Origin: an uncultured Chloroflexia bacterium
GTDB taxonomy: Bacteria; Chloroflexota; Anaerolineae; Anaerolineales; UBA11858
Direction of reading: 5' to 3'
Assembly: GCA_963716695.1 (NCBI GenBank)
Contig: CAVQTT010000024.1
Location: 51,387 to 115,386 of the forward strand
Length of the DNA stretch: 64,000 bases
This document shows positions 9,510 through 19,659 of the stretch, piece after piece (position 1 is the stretch's first letter; each line of letters starts with the position of its first letter). The position numbers were made by a program, and so were the translations under genes. Under the pieces are notes generated by a model. That model was not told the DNA's origin and did no database searches. It worked only from the letters and a program-made list of their open reading frames with translations.

Positions 9510-10028
9510 CTAATCTCTTACCAATCGGGGAAGCAATTTCCCTGCTCGATTCCGAACCGCCGGGCTGCCAGTTTCTGCCAGTCTTTCCACTGCGATCCTG
9601 ACATCATCAAAAAGCTGGTCGTCTTTCCAGCTCAGATCGACCAGCGCTTGTAAGGCGTTGGTTTGGACGATTTTACTGGCATCTTCCAGGTATTCGAACA
9701 GCCATTTTGCTGCTCGGCCTCTTTCCCTCTTTGATAAATCAAGCCTGGGTAAAATCTGCGCCGTATGCCAGCGAACCTCCTGCTGGGTATTTTGCAGGAC
9801 TCTTTTGAGTATGAAAGTTTTATAAGGTTTCAGGTGTTCAGGATGGGTTCGGGAAATCTTTTCGAGGGCATCGGAAGCTCGCATCCTGACACCGGGGAGA
9901 GGATGGATCAGACCCTGAACCAATATCTTTATCAGTTCTGGATTCTTGAGGACTTTCTTAACTACTTCGGGAACCCTGCCGATTGTCCTCAAGTCACCTT
10001 CCTCAAGCAGGCTGATGATCTCATCCAT
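9510..10028 (-). CDS. HEAT/ARM-repeat hypothetical protein
   Basis: Helical repeats VRMRASDALEK, EVRWHTAQIL, VQTNALQAL; RBS AGGAG. Confidence 0.65.
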   Translation of the reverse strand: MDEIISLLEEGDLRTIGRVPEVVKKVLKNPELIKILVQGLIHPLPGVRMRASDALEKISRTHPEHLKPYKTFILKRVLQNTQQEVRWHTAQILPRLDLSKRERGRAAKWLFEYLEDASKIVQTNALQALVDLSWKDDQLFDDVRIAVERLAETGSPAVRNRAGKLLPRLVRD

Positions 10029-10069
10029 ATCGTTCTCCTGGTTTGCCGTCGGGGAGTTTTAGGCATTGA

Positions 10070-10588
10070 TTAAATGCCAACTGTTGCACTGCGCCTCTCC
10101 AGCAGCAGGGTATCGCGCCACTCTCCTGCCCGGGGTCCATAACCCATTTTACCGATCTTTTGCCGTTCCCCAACCAGGCGGAAGCCAAATTTCCTGTGCA
10201 GCTCCAGGCTGGGCTGGTTCTCCGGGAATATACTGGCCTGCAGGGTCCAGAAACCGGCCCCTTCAGATTCCAGGATGACCCCCTCCATCAATAATTTGCC
10301 AGCCCCACGCCCCTGCTGTTCTGGATCGACATAAAGCGACAACTCTCCCAGCCCCCGGTAGACAGCCCTTTCAGATACCCGGGAGATAGCGGCCCAGCCT
10401 ATCAGCTGGCCATCATCCAGGCATACCATCGACAGGGCGGGTAGGAATTTTTTGTTCCATTCTTTCCAGCTTGGGGGCGGAGAGTGTTCAAAAGTGGCCT
10501 GCCCGGTATCAATGCCCTTTTGATAGATTTGATTAACTTCCGGCCAATGCCGAGACTCCATTTTTTGAAGGCGCATCCCGGGTATCAT
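10070..10588 (-). CDS. GNAT N-acetyltransferase (phosphinothricin/YncA-like)
   Basis: IYQKGI.TGQATFE, ELSLYV, QGRGAG, IFPEN.PSL.LHRKFGF; ATG overlaps the upstream stop (ATGA). Confidence 0.85.
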   Translation of the reverse strand: MIPGMRLQKMESRHWPEVNQIYQKGIDTGQATFEHSPPPSWKEWNKKFLPALSMVCLDDGQLIGWAAISRVSERAVYRGLGELSLYVDPEQQGRGAGKLLMEGVILESEGAGFWTLQASIFPENQPSLELHRKFGFRLVGERQKIGKMGYGPRAGEWRDTLLLERRSATVGI

Positions 10589-10946
10589 CTGAATAGAACC
10601 CAGCTGAGAAGATAGGACAACAAGCCATTGCATCAGGACCATCAGGTAATAATAACCCCCGATCCGGGTGGGCTTCTGCTTGCCATCCTGCTCTTCAACG
10701 ATAAAATCCAGCCAGCTTTCAGAAAACTGTTTGGTTTTGGCCCGGTAGATCAGATGTACTCCCAGGCTTAATAAGAAAAAACTACCAAAGAACACCAGGG
10801 TCTTCTAGCCCGCCAAACGCAAAGTAGACAACTCCGATACTGCCCAGCAGCAGCACCACCTTTAAGATCTTGTACCAGCCGGGCTGCAGTTCGTGGTCCC
10901 GGATGAACCTGGCGTCTGCCATGATGCCTTCAAAGATTTTTGGCAT
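10585..10946 (-). CDS. Small membrane protein with two apparent +1 frameshifts (~10805, ~10632)
   Basis: Reconstructed MPKIFEGIMADARFIRDHELQPGWYKILK...KTLVFFGSFF...YYYLMVL...NGLLSYLLSWVLFR*. Confidence 0.55.
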
Positions 10947-11065
10947 GCTGATTCCTTGACATGTTGATCTGGATCAGATAAAGGGATTGAAATCTTGACC
11001 GAAGGATCACGAATCGGTCATCCGCGCTCAGGCCGGGATGAATTGAGGCCGGCTCGACTCACTGT

Positions 11066-11662
11066 TCAGCGAAACCAGGGGAATATAGCCCCGGTTCTGG
11101 CCTGGTAGCATTCATATTCCTCTCCGAAGGCGTCCAGGAGCTGCTGTTCCTCCGCCGGGATCACCAATAGTCTGAATGCCAGCAGCCCAGCCAGGCAGTA
11201 GCCCAGCACGATCCAATCTCCAAACACAAAACCCAGCGCCAGAAGCAGTACCAGGGCTGTTCCGTAAAGCGGATGACGAACCCTGGCATAGGGGCCCCTG
11301 GTTACCAGTTCGTGGGAATCTTTGGTCAGCACAGTCTCCGAGATATTTTTTCCGATGCTGCTGAACACCCACCACAACAGGGGCAGACAGCTTCCCGCCA
11401 GGACCAGGCCCAGGATCTGCAGAAACAGCGGGGGATTAAAGTGGGCCCAGGCCAGGGCTGATGGATAAAAAATATTGAGAAGCAGCACCAGCAGCAGGGG
11501 GAAAGCCAGGCCCATCCGCAGGGATAAAGCCAACCAGCCCTCCTGTTTGCGTTCGATGGTTCCCCCTTCTTCCCGGGCTCGCTTCCGGAACGCTCCCGAG
11601 ATCAAAAACGCCCCCAGCAAGATGATTCCACTCAGCGCTCTAAACAAGATCTCTGTCTTCAT
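11066..11662 (-). CDS. Isoprenylcysteine carboxyl methyltransferase (ICMT/PEMT) family membrane protein
   Basis: HELVTRGPYARVRHPLY and EEQQLLDAFGEEY..Y motifs. Confidence 0.85.
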   Translation of the reverse strand: MKTEILFRALSGIILLGAFLISGAFRKRAREEGGTIERKQEGWLALSLRMGLAFPLLLVLLLNIFYPSALAWAHFNPPLFLQILGLVLAGSCLPLLWWVFSSIGKNISETVLTKDSHELVTRGPYARVRHPLYGTALVLLLALGFVFGDWIVLGYCLAGLLAFRLLVIPAEEQQLLDAFGEEYECYQARTGAIFPWFR

Positions 11663-11836
11663 GCTTTCTCCCGGGGACAAATTGCCTGTAATCAACCCTC
11701 ATTCATCATTATCCAATAATTTACTATATTTGCCAAACTGGATCTTACTCATTTAATAACTCTTGGCCGCTCTGAAGAATAAAACCAACTCGGTCCAGAA
11801 ACCTGCTAAGTGCTGCGACCCTTGGAACAGGGGAGC

Positions 11837-12385
11837 TTAACGGCCAAGTTTCAATCGTTTTTCAGGGTGAAACTGGAATGTCTGATCCGGCACGATCAAA
11901 CATATCTCTTGGCACAAAAACGAACCAGCGCTGCTTTGGTTCTGTAATTTTTCCAACAAGGCCTGGTTGACCTCTGGTCCTGATAATCCTTCCGTGATGG
12001 TCAGGTGGGGAGTAAAACCCTCAGTGTGAGGCCGTGACAGGTCGAAGAACCCAGTCTGATGTAAGGCTTCTCGAAGATCCAGGATCCGGGCTGTGGGCTG
12101 GACCTCGTACCAAATACAGGGGTAGGGTAAAAAGGATTTCAGGGGGCCGTATTGAATTTCAAATGGATCCCTATCCCCGGTGATAGCCTGGAGCTTTGCC
12201 CACTCCTTTTCATTGAGGGGACGGGTCAAAGGCTGGGTCAAGGTGATGTGGGCTTCACAGGTAGCCGCAGAGGCGGGATCATAGATCTCGCGCTGGCTGT
12301 TCACTATCCTGCGAACAGCTTCGGGAGGCCAGATCACCAGGACTCCGTGCTGATAGCCTTTCTGCCAATCCTCCCAGTGTTCCAT
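11837..12385 (-). CDS. 2H phosphoesterase (2'-5' RNA ligase family)
   Basis: Two HxT motifs, AHITL and PHLTI. Confidence 0.8.
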   Translation of the reverse strand: MEHWEDWQKGYQHGVLVIWPPEAVRRIVNSQREIYDPASAATCEAHITLTQPLTRPLNEKEWAKLQAITGDRDPFEIQYGPLKSFLPYPCIWYEVQPTARILDLREALHQTGFFDLSRPHTEGFTPHLTITEGLSGPEVNQALLEKLQNQSSAGSFLCQEICLIVPDQTFQFHPEKRLKLGR

Positions 12386-12404
12386 ATCTGCACCATTTAT
12401 CAGG

Positions 12405-13019
12405 TCATTGGTCTGAAAAGAAGGCCTCGAGCAAGTCAGATAATGCCCCCTGGAGGGGGGATTGTTTTTTATCCCGCTTTGATTTCTTCTGCTCGTCCGA
12501 TGCTTCCTTTTCGGGTTTTCTGCGGGGAACACCCCTGTCCCTTCCCGGGGCCTCAACCACTTTGGTTAGTTCTCCGTAATCCAGCCAAATCAGGTCATCC
12601 TGGTGGCAGGTATCGATCACAATATTCCCCGGTCCGTTATATTGGAAGGTTTCCATCTTTTGCAGGCAGATCGGACACTCAGATTGCCTCTCCAGTTCGG
12701 TAGGATTAAATAAACTCACCGGCGCTGGCGGGGTTTTATCCCTGGACCGGCGGCTGTCAACCACCTCTCTGAACCTGGTTCGATTAAACATCAATCCCCG
12801 GCAGTTTCGGCAATGAAAACCCCGGTAATAATCATCCACCGTAACCAAATTGAGGGAGATATTACACTGGGGGCAGTGGATCCCGTCTGTATTCTCACCC
12901 AGGATTCTTAATCCCTCCAGGGTCGCATTCGGAAAATGATAGCTTCCGCAGTGTTCACAATGATAATAATCCCGTTCCCGAAAAAGTGTCGTCGGAGCGC
13001 CGCATTGTTTACAGTTCAT
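12405..13019 (-). CDS. Multi zinc-ribbon (zf-TFIIB-like) protein
   Basis: CKQC, CEHC, CPQC, CRNC, CPIC and IDTC...IWLDYGEL. Confidence 0.7.
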   Translation of the reverse strand: MNCKQCGAPTTLFRERDYYHCEHCGSYHFPNATLEGLRILGENTDGIHCPQCNISLNLVTVDDYYRGFHCRNCRGLMFNRTRFREVVDSRRSRDKTPPAPVSLFNPTELERQSECPICLQKMETFQYNGPGNIVIDTCHQDDLIWLDYGELTKVVEAPGRDRGVPRRKPEKEASDEQKKSKRDKKQSPLQGALSDLLEAFFSDQ

Positions 13020-13112
13020 AAGAGAATTATCCGTTGATTACTGACTGATGAAAGAAGTATACCTGACAACTTCCAATTTGCTGACTGGTCGATAAAGGGG
13101 GGAAATCCAGGA

Positions 13113-13683
13113 TCATGAAAGACTGGCGATCAGCAGATTCCCGAGCCAGATTGCCCAGGTCGGATAGAGGATCCCCAGCAGAATGGATCCAGAAATAAAG
13201 ATCGGGTCAGATTGACCTCCTTTCAAAAACCCCCCCGCGACCAGGAGATAACCCAGGCCAGCTCCCAGGCCGGTCCAGATCAAACCCCCTGGCAGTTCCG
13301 GGGACCCAGCAGCGCTGAGATTTGCCATCATTAACCAGAATCCAATCGCTCCGCCCGCAGGAAAGTACTTCTGAGATCCTTCGAGGTCAATCTGGCCGAC
13401 CAGCAAACGAATCTGCCCCGCAGCGCTGAAAATAGATGCCGCCCAGCCCCATCGCGCTGGACAGAATGATGGTGATCACCCTGGGTGGAGTCATTAACTG
13501 GTTGAAAAGAAAAATCAGCGGTATGGTCAGGATAACCTGAAATATACTGAACAGATCGTTCAGTTTTCCAAACCCTTTCCCAGTCCAGAAAAAAAGCCGG
13601 CCGGTGAAAAAGGTCAGAATTGCTGCCGCTGCGCTCAGATATGCAGCCCAGCCATAGAACAGGATTCCTGTTTCCTGGATCAA
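13113..13683 (-). CDS. Hypothetical multi-pass membrane protein (apparent frameshift ~13430)
   Basis: ORFs 13387-13683 and 13113-13406 join into one hydrophobic protein. Confidence 0.55.
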
Positions 13684-13800
13684 GACTGACCTCCCAAATC
13701 AGCGAGATTTTCAATATTTATGGATATATAGTTGATCCTATACGATCAGGATGGATTGTAAGATCCCGGGCAGTCACCTATTGCCCGTCGCCCTTTTTAG

Positions 13801-15423
13801 CTATTGAATCTGGAAGACGTAGGTGCTGTAGGGCGGCAATTCACCCACTGGCTGAAAATCGCTCATTATCCCGGCAGTCAGATCCAGGTCCTCCACTCGG
13901 ATGTCACTGAGAAGCGGTTTTAATGGATAGGATCCGTCATTCAGCGGTATTTCAGCTCCCGAAAGGGCAAAATTCCTCACGGGCTCATCAGTAAGATTGA
14001 TCAGTGTTAATATGATTTCAGTTTTCTGAATTCGCAGGGCTGCAAACACAGCCGGCGTTCCTGTATCAAGAATGATGGTGCCGCCGGTTTGCAAAGCGGG
14101 ATGGCCTTTTCGAACCGCAATCAGGGACTGGTAATGGGAGAGCAGCCCGTCTTGATCATACATCTGGGCAGCCACATTGGTATGGAGATAATCATCATTT
14201 ACGCTGCGCCAGGCATCTGTTGTACTGAATCCAGCTCCAGGATCTGCTGACCACTGCATTGGCAGCCGGAGGTCCTCATCAGGTTTTTTTCCCAGCAGTC
14301 CGATTTCTTCACCATAATAGATAAAGGGAGTACCTGGCGCAGTTAATAGCAGCGAGGCCGCCACTTTGGCCTTGCCAACGTTTCCATTGAGCACACTCAG
14401 CACTCGGTTCTGGTCATGATTAGCTAGGAAAGTTGCATAGTTCCCGGCAGGCATATCTTTGAGTGTCAATTGGTAAGCACTTTTTATGCCAGTATTTGAG
14501 CCCCCGTTGGCAGAGTTGACAAAACCAGCGGCCAGCTCAAAATTGAACACCTGGTCCAACTCATCATCCGAATAGATGCTGGCCAGATATCCCCCAGCGC
14601 CAAACACTTCCCCCACGATATAGATGCCAGGAAACTCTTCTTTGTAGAATTGATTGAATTCCCGCAGCCATTCATGGGTGGAGGGGACATTCTCCGTGAG
14701 CTTATCTTCCTCAATAAGGTGTTTAATGGCGTCCAGGCGGAAACCATCCACTCCGACATCTTCAACCCAATAACGGATCACCTGTTCCATTTGGGCGGTC
14801 ACATCCGGATTGTTGTAGTTCAGATCGGGCATGCCTGCCCAGAATAATCCATAATAGTAACCCTGAGCGCCTTCATGCCAGGCATTTCCCCCCCAGCCAG
14901 GATGGTTTTCCTCCCAGATGTACCACTCACGGTAATCTGATTCCGGGCTGCTGTTGGCGTCCTTGAAAAAAGGGTGTTGGTCGGAGGTATGGTTCAGAAC
15001 CAGGTCGATAATCAGATGCATATCCCGCCTATGGACCTCCTCCAGCAGTTTCTTAAAATCAGCCATTGTGCCGTAATCAGGGTTAACCGCATAATAGTTG
15101 ATCACATCGTAGCCATGATAGGAGGGTGAGGGATGGATAGGCATCAACCAGATCGCGTTCACTCCCAGGTTTTCCAGGTAATCCAATTTTTGGGTTATGC
15201 CGTTAAAATCACCGATCCCATCCGCGTCACTGTCGAAAAAGCTGCGCACAAAGATCTCGTAAAAGACCGCCTCTTCCCACCAGGGGTGTGTTTCTGAACC
15301 TGCCTGATCAACCGGAAGGTTGAATAGCTCAGTGAGAGGATAATTCCCCGCTGGATTGAAACTGCAGCCGGCAGTCAAAATGGTCAACAAGAAGGTGATC
15401 AAGATGGTCTTATTAATCTTCAT
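13801..15423 (-). CDS. Lipoprotein alpha-amylase, GH13
   Basis: Lipobox LTAGC; SYHGYD, DLVLNH, DGFRLDAIKH, VGEV, FLANHD catalytic regions. Confidence 0.9.
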   Translation of the reverse strand: MKINKTILITFLLTILTAGCSFNPAGNYPLTELFNLPVDQAGSETHPWWEEAVFYEIFVRSFFDSDADGIGDFNGITQKLDYLENLGVNAIWLMPIHPSPSYHGYDVINYYAVNPDYGTMADFKKLLEEVHRRDMHLIIDLVLNHTSDQHPFFKDANSSPESDYREWYIWEENHPGWGGNAWHEGAQGYYYGLFWAGMPDLNYNNPDVTAQMEQVIRYWVEDVGVDGFRLDAIKHLIEEDKLTENVPSTHEWLREFNQFYKEEFPGIYIVGEVFGAGGYLASIYSDDELDQVFNFELAAGFVNSANGGSNTGIKSAYQLTLKDMPAGNYATFLANHDQNRVLSVLNGNVGKAKVAASLLLTAPGTPFIYYGEEIGLLGKKPDEDLRLPMQWSADPGAGFSTTDAWRSVNDDYLHTNVAAQMYDQDGLLSHYQSLIAVRKGHPALQTGGTIILDTGTPAVFAALRIQKTEIILTLINLTDEPVRNFALSGAEIPLNDGSYPLKPLLSDIRVEDLDLTAGIMSDFQPVGELPPYSTYVFQIQ

Positions 15424-15525
15424 ACATACGCTTGGGCTCCCTGGGAAAATGAATAACGTCAGACAACCAGGCAGGAGCTGTCCGGTTCTAAAGGACATTC
15501 TATAAAGGGGGTTGGCGGGGGGATA

Positions 15526-16536
15526 TTATCCTTTAACGCCGCCAATTAGCAGGCCGCCCACAATTTGTTTTTGCAGGGCAATATATATTATTGCCACCGG
15601 CAGAGCAACGATCACCGCCATGGCCGCAAATCGATTCCAGGGGATGCTGCTGGCATATTGTCCGGTCATATTGTAGAGTGTCATCGCCAGGGTATAGCTC
15701 TGGGGTTTGGTGAGGAAAAGCCAGGGCATGGCAAATTCCTGCCAGTGGCCGATAAATCCCAGGAAAAATGTCACCGCCAATTGAGGGGTTGCCAGGGGCA
15801 AAACTATCTTAAAAAAGATCTGGTTGGATCCAGCGCCGTCGATTTTGGCGGCTTCTTCCAGCTCAACTGGAATGGTATCCAGGTAGCCTTTCAAATTCCA
15901 GACCGCAAAAGGCAGCGCCGTGGCGATCATGGCGATGCCGACGCCATAAAGCGAATCCCGAAGGTTAAATAGCAATTTCCCGGTCCCTTCCAGGCAGGTG
16001 GCCAGGGGCGCCAGCGCCAGCACTCCTTGACCGCAATCAGCCAGGCGGACGCTGTTCATTAGCAGGTAGAGCGGAGTCGCCAGACCAATTCCAGGCATCA
16101 GCAGCGGGATAAAAACCATCACCATCAGGACCTGGCGAAACGAGAAGTTGAATCTGGAAAAAGCATAGGCTGCCGAGACAGAAATCAGGACAGCCAGTAA
16201 ACCCACGCTGAAAGATAACAAGAAACTGTTGCGTAAAAGCTCAACAAAGCTGACTGGGTTGGCTGTCGGGTGGTCAAGCACCTGCCGGTAGGCTACCAGG
16301 GAGATCTCTTTCGGGATCAACTGCAGGGTGGATGGTCGCCTGGTTTCTGTGCTGAATGACATGGTGATGATGTACATGATCGGGAACATCACTTCAATGG
16401 CAATGATTACCGTCAATACTTGCAGAAGCAGCTGACGCCAGAGGGGTAAACCGCGGCCGCCTTCCTTTTTGGAGGTGTTGAAATTCAGGATACGGGCAAG
16501 GATATTCTTCTGGGGGGTTTCGGCTTGGGCTGTCAT
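15526..16536 (-). CDS. Sugar ABC transporter permease (MalG-like)
   Basis: EAA motif ELEEAAKIDGA; multiple TM segments. Confidence 0.9.
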   Translation of the reverse strand: MTAQAETPQKNILARILNFNTSKKEGGRGLPLWRQLLLQVLTVIIAIEVMFPIMYIITMSFSTETRRPSTLQLIPKEISLVAYRQVLDHPTANPVSFVELLRNSFLLSFSVGLLAVLISVSAAYAFSRFNFSFRQVLMVMVFIPLLMPGIGLATPLYLLMNSVRLADCGQGVLALAPLATCLEGTGKLLFNLRDSLYGVGIAMIATALPFAVWNLKGYLDTIPVELEEAAKIDGAGSNQIFFKIVLPLATPQLAVTFFLGFIGHWQEFAMPWLFLTKPQSYTLAMTLYNMTGQYASSIPWNRFAAMAVIVALPVAIIYIALQKQIVGGLLIGGVKG

Positions 16537-16537
16537 A

Positions 16538-17551
16538 TTAAACCTCCGCATAGGATTTGGTTGCCCGGGTGATCCGGTTGGTTATCAAAAAGACGGTCAA
16601 AGCCACAAAAAATATGATCATCGCAAAAGCGGCCGCCACTCCAAATAAACGCAAATTCCTAACCAGGTCGTAGGCAAAAGTGACCAGGATCTCCGTGGAG
16701 CGAGCCGGCCCACCCCCGGTCATAAAATACACAAAGTTGAAGAGATTGAATGAGAGCGTGAAGCCGTAGATCGCGGCGGGCACCATGGCCGGGCGCAGGA
16801 GGGGTACGGTGATCTTAAAGAATTGTTTGGTGTGGGATGCCCCATCGATCGAGGCGGCTTCATATAGTTCAGTCGAGATGCTCTGCAGCGCGCCGGTTGC
16901 TACCAGGGTCATAAAGGGCCAGCCCAGCCAGAAATTGGCGATCATCATTGCATAATAAGCCAAAGGCAGGGGAGAATTGGGCAGCAGCCAGGGGATGGGC
17001 GGGGCGTATTCGGTCAACCAGCGAATCCGCACAGGGTCTGCTGTCCCTATAAAATTCAGAAAGGTGGTCAAAAATTGGTTCATGGCCCCGTAGCGCTCGT
17101 CAAAGATATTGCGCCAGACTGTTGCCACGACCAGGGGAGGTACCACGATCGGCATAATATAAATAGCCCGGTAGATCTTCTTGAACCATAATCCTTTGGT
17201 ATTCAACAGGGTGGCGATCAGCACTCCTGCCGGAACATGGACCGCCACGTTGGACAGGGCCCACCAGAAGTTATAGGTCAGGATCCGGAAAAATTCGAAG
17301 TTTTGGACAGGCAGGGCATTGGTGAAGATATCAATATAGTTCTGGAAGCCAATATTTTCCAAATCGGGTGATGAGAGTCCCTGCATCAGGTGCCGGGTTT
17401 CAAAATTAGTAAAGGATACGATCACCTGGTAGACGAGGGGATAAAAAGTAATAAAGGCCATGACAATAAATGCTGGCAGCAGGTACATATAAGGCAGAGC
17501 GAATTTACCAATTTGCAGCTTCCGGCCGCCAATTTTGTTTGCACTCTTCAT
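16538..17551 (-). CDS. Sugar ABC transporter permease (MalF-like)
   Basis: ELYEAASIDGAS; FNLFN; GGGPARSTEILVT. Confidence 0.9.
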   Translation of the reverse strand: MKSANKIGGRKLQIGKFALPYMYLLPAFIVMAFITFYPLVYQVIVSFTNFETRHLMQGLSSPDLENIGFQNYIDIFTNALPVQNFEFFRILTYNFWWALSNVAVHVPAGVLIATLLNTKGLWFKKIYRAIYIMPIVVPPLVVATVWRNIFDERYGAMNQFLTTFLNFIGTADPVRIRWLTEYAPPIPWLLPNSPLPLAYYAMMIANFWLGWPFMTLVATGALQSISTELYEAASIDGASHTKQFFKITVPLLRPAMVPAAIYGFTLSFNLFNFVYFMTGGGPARSTEILVTFAYDLVRNLRLFGVAAAFAMIIFFVALTVFLITNRITRATKSYAEV

Positions 17552-17651
17552 GGGGACTCCTTCAGGTTAAGGGATATTCTCCTTGGGGTGCAGGTATGCG
17601 TGGATGGCAAGCCATCCACGCATACCGCGAACTTCTATTACAGTTTGAGAT

Positions 17652-18821
17652 CTATTTATTCGCGTTTTCGGTCGCGGTGGTTACCCAATCCGCTGCTGCA
17701 GTGCCGACTTCAAATACCTCGTCGGTGCCGCAGAAGTTGGACCAGTACAAACCAAGTTCGGGAACCTGGGGGCGAACATAAGCGGTGGAGAAAGCCTCCA
17801 GAAGACCCAGCATCAGGGGATCGGTAACTTCCACATCGGTGCGGGCCGGAACATGGCCAGCATCATCCATCATCAGTTTCTGAGCGGCAGCGTTGGTCAG
17901 GTAAAGAGCTACTTCGAAGGCTGCTTCCAGATTCTGGCTGTTGGGGTTGAAGTAGTAGCCATCAACGCCAAGCAGCGGATTGGATGGGCCACCCGGGCCT
18001 GCCGGTAGTGGGGCAACTGCCAGGCTGTCGCCCAGAGCTGCAGAGTAATCACCCATAGCCCAGTTGCCGTTGGTGATAGCAACAACAGTGCCTTCGGTGA
18101 AGGGAGCCAGGCCATCACTGTCATTCTTCGGCCAGCTGTTTTCCTTCGCGATCTGGTACAGATCATTCAGGTAGCTAACTGCATCAGCAATACCTTCGCC
18201 AGCCACAACTTTCCAATTTTCGTCAAAGATCTCGCCGCCAAAGGATCCGTAGAAACCCCAGTGGTGGTAGCAGCCAAAGCTGAGGGAAACGGGGGTGCCG
18301 CCTTCCATCAGGGCCAGAAGTTCATCTGTGGTTGCAGGAGCTTCGGGCAGAAGATCGGTGTTATACCAGAAAGCGACAGCTTTCAAGGATTCGGGAACCC
18401 CATAAATAACACCTTCCACGCTCATGCCGTCAACGGCCAAAGGAGCATAGTCACCGAATTTGCCTTCCGCCAACGCGGTCACATCAGCGATCAATCCAGC
18501 GCGGGCATCATCACCCAGGGAGTCGTTGGGGGCGATGAACATGTCGGGTCCACCACCGGCAGCAACATCGGTGCGGTATTTATTGTAGATGTCATTAAAA
18601 GGGATCTGCAGGACGTTGATCTTGTACTGGGGCATATCTGCCGCAGCCTGTTCGATCAAAGTAGCCATGGCGATTTCTTCAGCAGAGCCGGTTCCATAGG
18701 CATGCCAGAAAGTTACTTCAACTTGCTCGGCATCCTTCGCAGGGGCAGCGCCGCCGCAAGCAGCCAGGACAAGCGAAACAACGATCATCAGGCTGAACAG
18801 CAAAAATAGAGATTTCTTCAT
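17652..18821 (-). CDS. Maltodextrin-type ABC substrate-binding lipoprotein (MalE-like)
   Basis: Lipobox LAAC; GGGPDMFIAPND; IYGVP; NGNWA; RBS AAGGAG. Confidence 0.88.
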   Translation of the reverse strand: MKKSLFLLFSLMIVVSLVLAACGGAAPAKDAEQVEVTFWHAYGTGSAEEIAMATLIEQAAADMPQYKINVLQIPFNDIYNKYRTDVAAGGGPDMFIAPNDSLGDDARAGLIADVTALAEGKFGDYAPLAVDGMSVEGVIYGVPESLKAVAFWYNTDLLPEAPATTDELLALMEGGTPVSLSFGCYHHWGFYGSFGGEIFDENWKVVAGEGIADAVSYLNDLYQIAKENSWPKNDSDGLAPFTEGTVVAITNGNWAMGDYSAALGDSLAVAPLPAGPGGPSNPLLGVDGYYFNPNSQNLEAAFEVALYLTNAAAQKLMMDDAGHVPARTDVEVTDPLMLGLLEAFSTAYVRPQVPELGLYWSNFCGTDEVFEVGTAAADWVTTATENANK

Positions 18822-19581
18822 TCTTTTTCTCCTTAACGTTATTTATAAAGGGATAAAACTTGGGTTGGGTATGACTTTATCGCTGAGGAGTATCACCTCC
18901 TTGTATCGGGGATGGATTGTATTAGTGGATCTAGCCAGGCTAGATTTTTTGGCGTTGAAGGCAAACCAAACCCATTCCATGATCAAACTTTCTGGTCCTG
19001 ACAGTCAAGAATCACCCCATTTCTGCGGCCAGATGATCGGCAAAATTGCCCTAGTTGATTTGTATTAGATTGTACATCAAATTTGAAAAGCGGCTGGATA
19101 TCCTGCCCGCTAGATGGATAACCTGGAGAATAAGTACTATGAGGAGCGATGTTCAATGAGGATCACCAAAAAATCAATGTTTGGTCGGGAAATCTCCCAT
19201 ATCCTGCAAAATTCGTTCTAACTGCGGCATCATTCCGGTTCTAGAGATGCAGGCGATGACCGCTCAAACTGGTCGCACAGCTACTTTCCAGTGTTTTGGC
19301 ATTAAATCATAAAAACTGTCCCTGTCAAGAAATCTGGGGCCAGATTATGGACCTCAGTGACTTCCCCGGTCAGTGACAAATCCATCCTTATCCCGAAACC
19401 GCTTGGCCTGGACACCCCTTTGGAAAGTATCTTGGACCCAGATCCGCTCTATGATGTACAGGGCAGGGATTTCACTTTCGCACCATCTCTAGGATATTTA
19501 CAATGAGTTTTTCGTGGTCTGTCAGAATTTCTTGAAACGGGCCTGCTGATCTTTACCTCCAGTTGTCGGGTTAAATATAAA

Positions 19582-19640
19582 ACCGCCGGATGGGGACCGG
19601 AATCATAAATTGTTTCTTTATGATCCAGGGATCCGGCGGT
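19582..19640 (-). terminator. Long imperfect hairpin downstream of heliorhodopsin (probable terminator)
   Basis: Outer accgccggat/atccggcggt 10-bp stem and inner atcataaa/tttatgat stem; T-rich tail on the minus strand. Confidence 0.5.
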
Positions 19641-19659
19641 ATATTCCTCCCGGTTTGAT

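Noticed and set aside
10070-10795. Apparent membrane-domain/GNAT fusion in the ORF track
   Set aside because: One-base correction ends the membrane protein at a TGA overlapping the GNAT ATG (ATGA at 10585-10588), so these are two genes
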